DNA of 64,000 nucleotides from Minisyncoccota bacterium (GTDB taxonomy: Bacteria > Patescibacteriota > Minisyncoccia > Phycocordibacterales > UBA9973): contig JBAYVZ010000003.1 in NCBI GenBank assembly GCA_041674285.1, positions 20,606 to 84,605 of the forward strand. The letters are read 5' to 3'. The notes below the pieces were generated by a model. That model searched no databases. It had not been told where the DNA came from and was given only the letters and a program-made list of their open reading frames with translations. Below are positions 58,954 to 64,000 of this stretch, in pieces (position 1 is the stretch's first letter; every line of letters starts with the position of its first letter). The position numbers were made by a program, and so were the translations under genes.

Positions 58954-59538
58954 ATGTTAATCCCAACAGTAATAGAAAAGACAAGCAACGGTGAACGAGC
59001 ATATGATATATACTCTCGCCTTTTAAATGAGCGCATTATTTTCCTAGCCGGCCCTATCGATGACCATATGGCCAACCTTGTCATCGCCCAGCTCCTGTAC
59101 CTAGAGCATACTGATAATAAGAAGGATATCTCACTATATATCAATTCCCCTGGTGGATCTGTAACGGCAGGTCTCGCTATCATCGACACTATGAACTTTA
59201 TCAAGAGTGATGTATCGACTATCTGTGTAGGTATCGCCGCATCTATGGGAGCACTCATCCTATCTGCAGGTGAAAAAGGTAAAAGATTTACTCTACCGAA
59301 CTCTGAGGTGATGATCCACCAAGTGATGGGTGGTGCCGAGGGTCAGGCTAGTGATATCGCCATAAATGCAAAGCATATACTACGAAGCAAGGATACATTG
59401 AACAAAATCCTAGCCAAGAATACAGGCAAGAAATTTGAAGATGTAGAAAAAGATGCAGATCGCGACTACTGGATGAATGCAGATGAAGCCAAGAAATACG
59501 GTATCATCGACCAGATAATCACAAAAGTAAAAAAGTAA
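58954..59538 (+). CDS. clpP: ATP-dependent Clp protease proteolytic subunit
   Basis: Ser-His-Asp triad context (GIAASMGA...MIHQ). Confidence 0.95.
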   Translation: MLIPTVIEKTSNGERAYDIYSRLLNERIIFLAGPIDDHMANLVIAQLLYLEHTDNKKDISLYINSPGGSVTAGLAIIDTMNFIKSDVSTICVGIAASMGALILSAGEKGKRFTLPNSEVMIHQVMGGAEGQASDIAINAKHILRSKDTLNKILAKNTGKKFEDVEKDADRDYWMNADEAKKYGIIDQIITKVKK

Positions 59539-59546
59539 AACAAAAA

Positions 59547-59583
59547 AATCTGCCCAAGGCGCGAGCCTTGGGCAGATTTTTAT
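59547..59583. terminator. bidirectional terminator AAAAAAATCTGCCCAAGGCGCGAGCCTTGGGCAGATTTTT
   Basis: Between convergent clpP and the P-type ATPase gene. Confidence 0.7.
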
Positions 59584-62153
59584 TTTATATGTTTGTGTTT
59601 ATTTATAAAGAAGTATTTTGTAAATTCTATCACCCATACATTTACAGCGAGCCATCCAAATAAAATCCACAGATAATCAAATGGAACAGAGATTAATCCA
59701 AATATGTCTTGCCCAGTCTTTGTATAAATTGTCGCAAAGATTAAAATCAATCCTATCAATACGCTAAGATTCAAGCGCCAATTACCAAAAAGATTATATT
59801 CCCAAATATATTTATCCAGATCGATAAACGAATAAGAAATTATCAATATATAAGAGGCAAAACACAAGAAGAATATTGACTGTGCCAATTTAATATCAAA
59901 AATATTTTTTGTTAACAAATAATATAGGACAAAGAGTAGCAAAGAAGACACCGTACCAATACCCAAAGCCATAAATTTAATTTTAAAATCAAATATTTTT
60001 TTATTTTTAGTCCTTAATATATTATTCCTATCATAAGCAAAAGCGATAGCTGGTAGTGTCCCCGTGAGGACATTTACCCATATGATCTGCAATGCAGTCA
60101 GAGGTAGAGCCAGCCCTGCGATAAGTGAACCGGTGATAACAAAGACTTCATCAAGAGAATTCGACATCAAATACACAAAGACCTTTTGTATATTTTTCCT
60201 TATGCCGTGCCCAAGTGCGATTGTATCTACAATAGTTCTAAAGTTATCTTTTAGTAAAATCATATCTGCTGCACTTTTTGCAACTTCACTACCAGAAGAT
60301 AGAGATATCCCTATATCCATTGCTTTTAATGATGGAGAGTCATTCACCCCATCCCCAGTCATAGCCACAATCTCACCGAGCTTTTGATATAACTTGCCTA
60401 TCCTCAATTTATCTTCAGGGGTAACTCTGGCAAATATTTTAATCTTAGGCAATATTTCTAATAAATCTTCATCACTTATATTTTCCAACTGAGAACCGGT
60501 CAAGATCTCGTCCTCGCTCGCATTTATCCCGACTTTTTCCCCTATGAATTTAGCTGTCCCCGGAAGGTCCCCTGTGATCATCTTGACTGCCACACCTCTC
60601 TTTACTATCTCATCGATATCATTTTTTATCCCATCTCTGAGTAAATCCGAGAATACAAAGAGACCTAGTAAATTCAAATCACCCAGATTAGAACCACCAT
60701 CTTCACTCTTTTGAGCTATAGCTACTAATCTTTTACCCTCACTACTCAAAAAGTCTATGTTTTTTAATAATTCTGCTTTATGAGCATCATCAAGATTAGA
60801 ATTATTTATTAAAATATCTGGTGCACCTAGAAATACAAATAAACTATCAGATGATGATACGGAATATTTATTTGTTGAATTAAAAGATGATATGATCTTG
60901 ACGCTATTTATTTTAAAATCTGGGTCAATATTCTGCCCGTCAATAATCCTAGACAAGATCACTTCAAAAGCATTGCCGGAATATTCTATCCCCTTTTCAT
61001 CATTCTTGCGGAGAACAACAGAGAAATTTTTCCTAGCTTTAATTAAAATATTTTTCTGATTATCTGACAAATTGCCTACATCAAATACCGGCATATCACT
61101 AAAATTAAAACCTTTATCTAGAAGTAAAATATTTTCAAGATTGAGCTTGCCCTCAGTCAAAGTCCCTGTTTTATCTGTCAAAATCAAAGTCGTAGACCCT
61201 AGGGTCTCTGCCGCAGATAATTTTCGAATCAATCCTCCTTTTTTTGAAATATTCAAAATTCCAACGGAGAGTATCACCGTGAGGGCGATAGGCAAAGCCT
61301 CCGGCACTGCACCTACAGCTACAGCAGAAGCCAGGACTAGCATTTCAAATATATTCTCTCCTCTATATATACCCAAGATAAATACAAAAGATACTATCAA
61401 AATCGCAACGATCAGTATATACCAAGAAACATTTTTCACCGCAGATTGAACAGGGGTCAATACTTTTTTTGTATTTGCCAATGTGTGTGCTATTTTACCA
61501 ATTTCAGTATTTTCACCTATATGCGTAACAACCCCCACCCCATTTCCATTTGTCACCAAGGTACCACAAAAACAATAATTGCGTCTTTCTGTGATTAGTG
61601 AATCTGTGACTACCCCCTCAATTTTTTCCACGGGTAGAGATTCCCCTGTTAGGATCATCTCATCAGTTTTTAAATTTGTAACTTCGATCAATCTTATATC
61701 GGCAGGGACTCGAGCACCATACTGCAAAACAACGATATCCCCCACAACCAAATCTTCTGCTCCTATCTCTATAATCTCTCCGTCTCTTTTAACTAGGGCT
61801 TTATTTTTAATGAATTTTTTTAAATTCTCGATAGTGTTCTCTGCTCGATACTCTTGATAAGTACTAAGGAGAACATTTATTAGAATAGCGGCCCAGATCA
61901 CTATAGTCTCCATATTTTCCCCTAAATAGACAGTGACGAGGGAGGCAAATATAAGTATAAATATCAATGGATTCAGGAATTGAGTAAAAAATGTACGGAT
62001 CAAGCCATTTTTACTATTTTCTTCAAATATATTCTTACCATATTCTTTTTGTCTGAGTTCTACATCTTTTTCAGAAAGACCAGAAATATCTGTTTTTAAA
62101 TTTTCTAGAACAACTTTTGAATCTAGGTTGTAAAATGAATGTAAATTTTGCAT
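59580..62153 (-). CDS. P-type cation-transporting ATPase (P2-like, Ca2+/Mg2+ type); start taken at MQNLHSF
   Basis: DKTGTLT phosphorylation motif; TGDGVNDSPSLK hinge; 8-10 TMs. Confidence 0.85.
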   Translation of the reverse strand: MQNLHSFYNLDSKVVLENLKTDISGLSEKDVELRQKEYGKNIFEENSKNGLIRTFFTQFLNPLIFILIFASLVTVYLGENMETIVIWAAILINVLLSTYQEYRAENTIENLKKFIKNKALVKRDGEIIEIGAEDLVVGDIVVLQYGARVPADIRLIEVTNLKTDEMILTGESLPVEKIEGVVTDSLITERRNYCFCGTLVTNGNGVGVVTHIGENTEIGKIAHTLANTKKVLTPVQSAVKNVSWYILIVAILIVSFVFILGIYRGENIFEMLVLASAVAVGAVPEALPIALTVILSVGILNISKKGGLIRKLSAAETLGSTTLILTDKTGTLTEGKLNLENILLLDKGFNFSDMPVFDVGNLSDNQKNILIKARKNFSVVLRKNDEKGIEYSGNAFEVILSRIIDGQNIDPDFKINSVKIISSFNSTNKYSVSSSDSLFVFLGAPDILINNSNLDDAHKAELLKNIDFLSSEGKRLVAIAQKSEDGGSNLGDLNLLGLFVFSDLLRDGIKNDIDEIVKRGVAVKMITGDLPGTAKFIGEKVGINASEDEILTGSQLENISDEDLLEILPKIKIFARVTPEDKLRIGKLYQKLGEIVAMTGDGVNDSPSLKAMDIGISLSSGSEVAKSAADMILLKDNFRTIVDTIALGHGIRKNIQKVFVYLMSNSLDEVFVITGSLIAGLALPLTALQIIWVNVLTGTLPAIAFAYDRNNILRTKNKKIFDFKIKFMALGIGTVSSLLLFVLYYLLTKNIFDIKLAQSIFFLCFASYILIISYSFIDLDKYIWEYNLFGNWRLNLSVLIGLILIFATIYTKTGQDIFGLISVPFDYLWILFGWLAVNVWVIEFTKYFFINKHKHIK

Positions 62154-62190
62154 TAGTTTATTATAGCAAAAAACATAGTATAATAGACCT

Positions 62191-62943
62191 ATGGAAATCA
62201 TAATATTAACTATTTTAGTAATCGTACTATTTATCTACTGCCTAAAGATCAAGACGGATAGTGTCGCTGTCGAAAAATCATTCACATCTATCGTGAATCA
62301 CACATTTCGTACACCACTCACCCGTATAAAGTGGATGAGTGACAATCTAAAACCCGAGACTACTCTAGCAGAACAGATGGAAATTGCGAAAAACATATCC
62401 TATTCTACAAATCATCTCCTAGAGATAGTAGATACACTAGCCGGCATCAAAGATCTAAACAATGGATCCGTATATGCTATGAAGACTATATCCCTACGCG
62501 AGATTATCGAGGATGGCATAGCAAAATTCAACAATCCGATAAATGAAAAGAAATTAAAGCTCCAAATTCCAGCATTTAACTCTATCCCCCTATTTACTGC
62601 AGATACAAAAAAGATTTCATTTGCTATTCACGCAGTGCTGGAGAACTCTATCTGGTATTCAAAACCTGAAGGCACTATCTCTATCGAGGCTGGAGTATCG
62701 GGTAGCAGTATCAATCTATCTATACATGATGGTGGTATGGGCATGAACTGGAAAGACCGCCGCAATGTCGGAGACAAATTCTACCGTAGCACCGAAGCAG
62801 TCAAGATGAACACAGACGGAATGGGACTATCACTCTATATGGCCAAAAAGATTATGGAGATGCATGGAGGAAGTATATCTTTCAAATCACACGGTCGTGA
62901 CCGAGGGTCTGTATTCTATATATCGATACCCATCTCAAAATAA
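62191..62943 (+). CDS. small membrane-anchored sensor histidine kinase
   Basis: H-box NHTFRTPLT; N, G1 and G2 boxes (GMGLSL); single N-terminal TM; no response regulator gene adjacent. Confidence 0.75.
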   Translation: MEIIILTILVIVLFIYCLKIKTDSVAVEKSFTSIVNHTFRTPLTRIKWMSDNLKPETTLAEQMEIAKNISYSTNHLLEIVDTLAGIKDLNNGSVYAMKTISLREIIEDGIAKFNNPINEKKLKLQIPAFNSIPLFTADTKKISFAIHAVLENSIWYSKPEGTISIEAGVSGSSINLSIHDGGMGMNWKDRRNVGDKFYRSTEAVKMNTDGMGLSLYMAKKIMEMHGGSISFKSHGRDRGSVFYISIPISK

Positions 62944-63164
62944 ACACGACACTGTACAAACTGACCTTTTTGGCGTATTATATAGTTATCGAATTTTAAT
63001 AGTTAGAAGAGTGTCTAATTTAAAGTACGGTTTATCTGGTAATTCCCAAAATGATATTTATTTCTATGAACAAAATTTTCCTTTCAATCCCCCGTTTGTA
63101 CAAAAATACCTATATTCTAAAGCGCCTATAAAGCGTAGTATTTTAAAGTGACACAGTCACATTT

Positions 63165-64000
63165 ATGAGTTTAACAGCAATAATCATATCGATTGCCGCC
63201 GCACTAGCTGGGGTAGGTATTGGATATTATTTGCGTCTGATCATCTCTCTTGGACAAAAAGGTTCTATGGACCTTGAGATCAAGCAGATGATGATGGCCG
63301 CAAAAGAAGAAGCACAGAAAGTCGTCGACGAGGCCAAGAAAAAGACCGAGGAGAGAGTAGCTGAGCTTCACGCAGAAGAAAAGAAAAAAGAGGCTGAATG
63401 GAAAGAGACAGAGCGTCGCCTGGTAAAAAAGGATGAGATGCTAGATAGTCGCCAAGCCGAGATTGATAAAGAAGTTGAAAAGATAAAGACAAAAGTAGAA
63501 GAGGTAAAGAAGATCAAAGAGCGTGTCGATGGTATGCAAGAGGAAAAGCAAAAAGAATTGGAAAAGGTGGCTCACCTATCATCCGATGATGCTCGTGAAC
63601 TCCTCATGAAGAATATTGAAGTAAAGTACGAGGAAGATTTGCTAGTCCGCATGCAAAAGATGGAGACTACAAATGCCGAAAAGCTAGATCGTCGTGCAAA
63701 AGATATCCTATCTACATCTATCAACCGCCTTGCAGCTTCAACTGCTAGTGAGATGATGATGACATCAGTAAATATCCCAAATGATGAGATCAAGGGAAAG
63801 ATTATCGGTAAAGAAGGTAGAAATATCCGCGCATTCGAGCGAGCAGCCGGAGTAGAGCTAGTGATAGACGAGACTCCAGGTGCGATAGTCATCTCTTCAT
63901 TTGATCCAGTTCGCAGACAAGTAGCCCGTCTAGCATTGGAGAACCTTATCCTTGATGGCCGAATCCAACCAGCAAAGATCGAGGAAGTAGTAGCCAAAGC
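63165..64000 (+). CDS. rny: ribonuclease Y (5' part; continues beyond the window)
   Basis: N-terminal TM, long coiled coil, KH domain [12 protein letters not shown]; open to the window end. Confidence 0.8.
   Translation, partial: MSLTAIIISIAAALAGVGIGYYLRLIISLGQKGSMDLEIKQMMMAAKEEAQKVVDEAKKKTEERVAELHAEEKKKEAEWKETERRLVKKDEMLDSRQAEIDKEVEKIKTKVEEVKKIKERVDGMQEEKQKELEKVAHLSSDDARELLMKNIEVKYEEDLLVRMQKMETTNAEKLDRRAKDILSTSINRLAASTASEMMMTSVNIPNDEIKGKIIGKEGRNIRAFERAAGVELVIDETPGAIVISSFDPVRRQVARLALENLILDGRIQPAKIEEVVAK

Noticed and set aside
63280-63997. Two minus-strand ORFs (63280-63492, 63572-63997)
   Set aside because: Antisense to the clearly recognisable rny coding frame (TM, coiled coil, KH domain) that runs off the window end.

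Overview
Low-GC window (roughly 35% GC) with small intergenic regions and mostly minus-strand genes. Gene content points to a reduced-genome bacterium of the Patescibacteria/CPR type (inference): archaeal-type UMP kinase, type-Z S14, no rpmD/rpmC in the r-protein supercluster, no de novo pathways outside one island. Standard genetic code: no gene here is interrupted by TGA.

Core content. (1) An S10-spc-secY-adk-map ribosomal supercluster (46447 down to 22502, minus strand) is interrupted in three places. An ~8 kb terminator-bounded island (35736-43621) sits exactly between rplB and rpsS. It carries pyrD-like, pyrF-like, two atypical PRTase-like genes, a DapD-like acyltransferase, an M20 deacylase and an unknown gene. 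A DUF5672-like gene plus a small membrane protein lie between rplE and rpsN, flanked by identical hairpins. An ORF6N protein and a 521-aa Cys-rich zinc-ribbon repeat protein lie between the UMP-kinase gene and map. (2) tuf (46543-47742) carries one in-frame TAA at an otherwise perfectly conserved junction. (3) A five-gene operon of secreted proteins (53699 to 48016) includes a 1074-aa repeat protein, two small paralogs with C-terminal Cys loops, and a Gly-rich protein. (4) smpB-ssrA: the tmRNA is identified by its G3:U70 acceptor stem and a Mycoplasma-type tag ending AFSFA; a truncated second copy of its 3' end lies 170 bp downstream, like an att site. (5) A ~120-nt structured element with a covarying 12-bp long-range stem sits flush against the start codons of ftsH, secY and an RNase J-like gene. 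(6) Also present: a zinc-homeostasis cluster (Zur-ZIP-YibE/F), an ECF sigma module, a nucleotide phosphohydrolase cluster (HD-CYTH-HD-ndk-CYTH-Nudix), a VirD4/TraD-like ATPase with a secreted partner, infC-rpmI-rplT, nusA, ppa, a sigma-70, tig, clpP, a P-type ATPase, a histidine kinase, and the 5' part of rny.

One tRNA is present (anticodon UAU, Ile-like body). No CRISPR array, integrase or transposase was seen.
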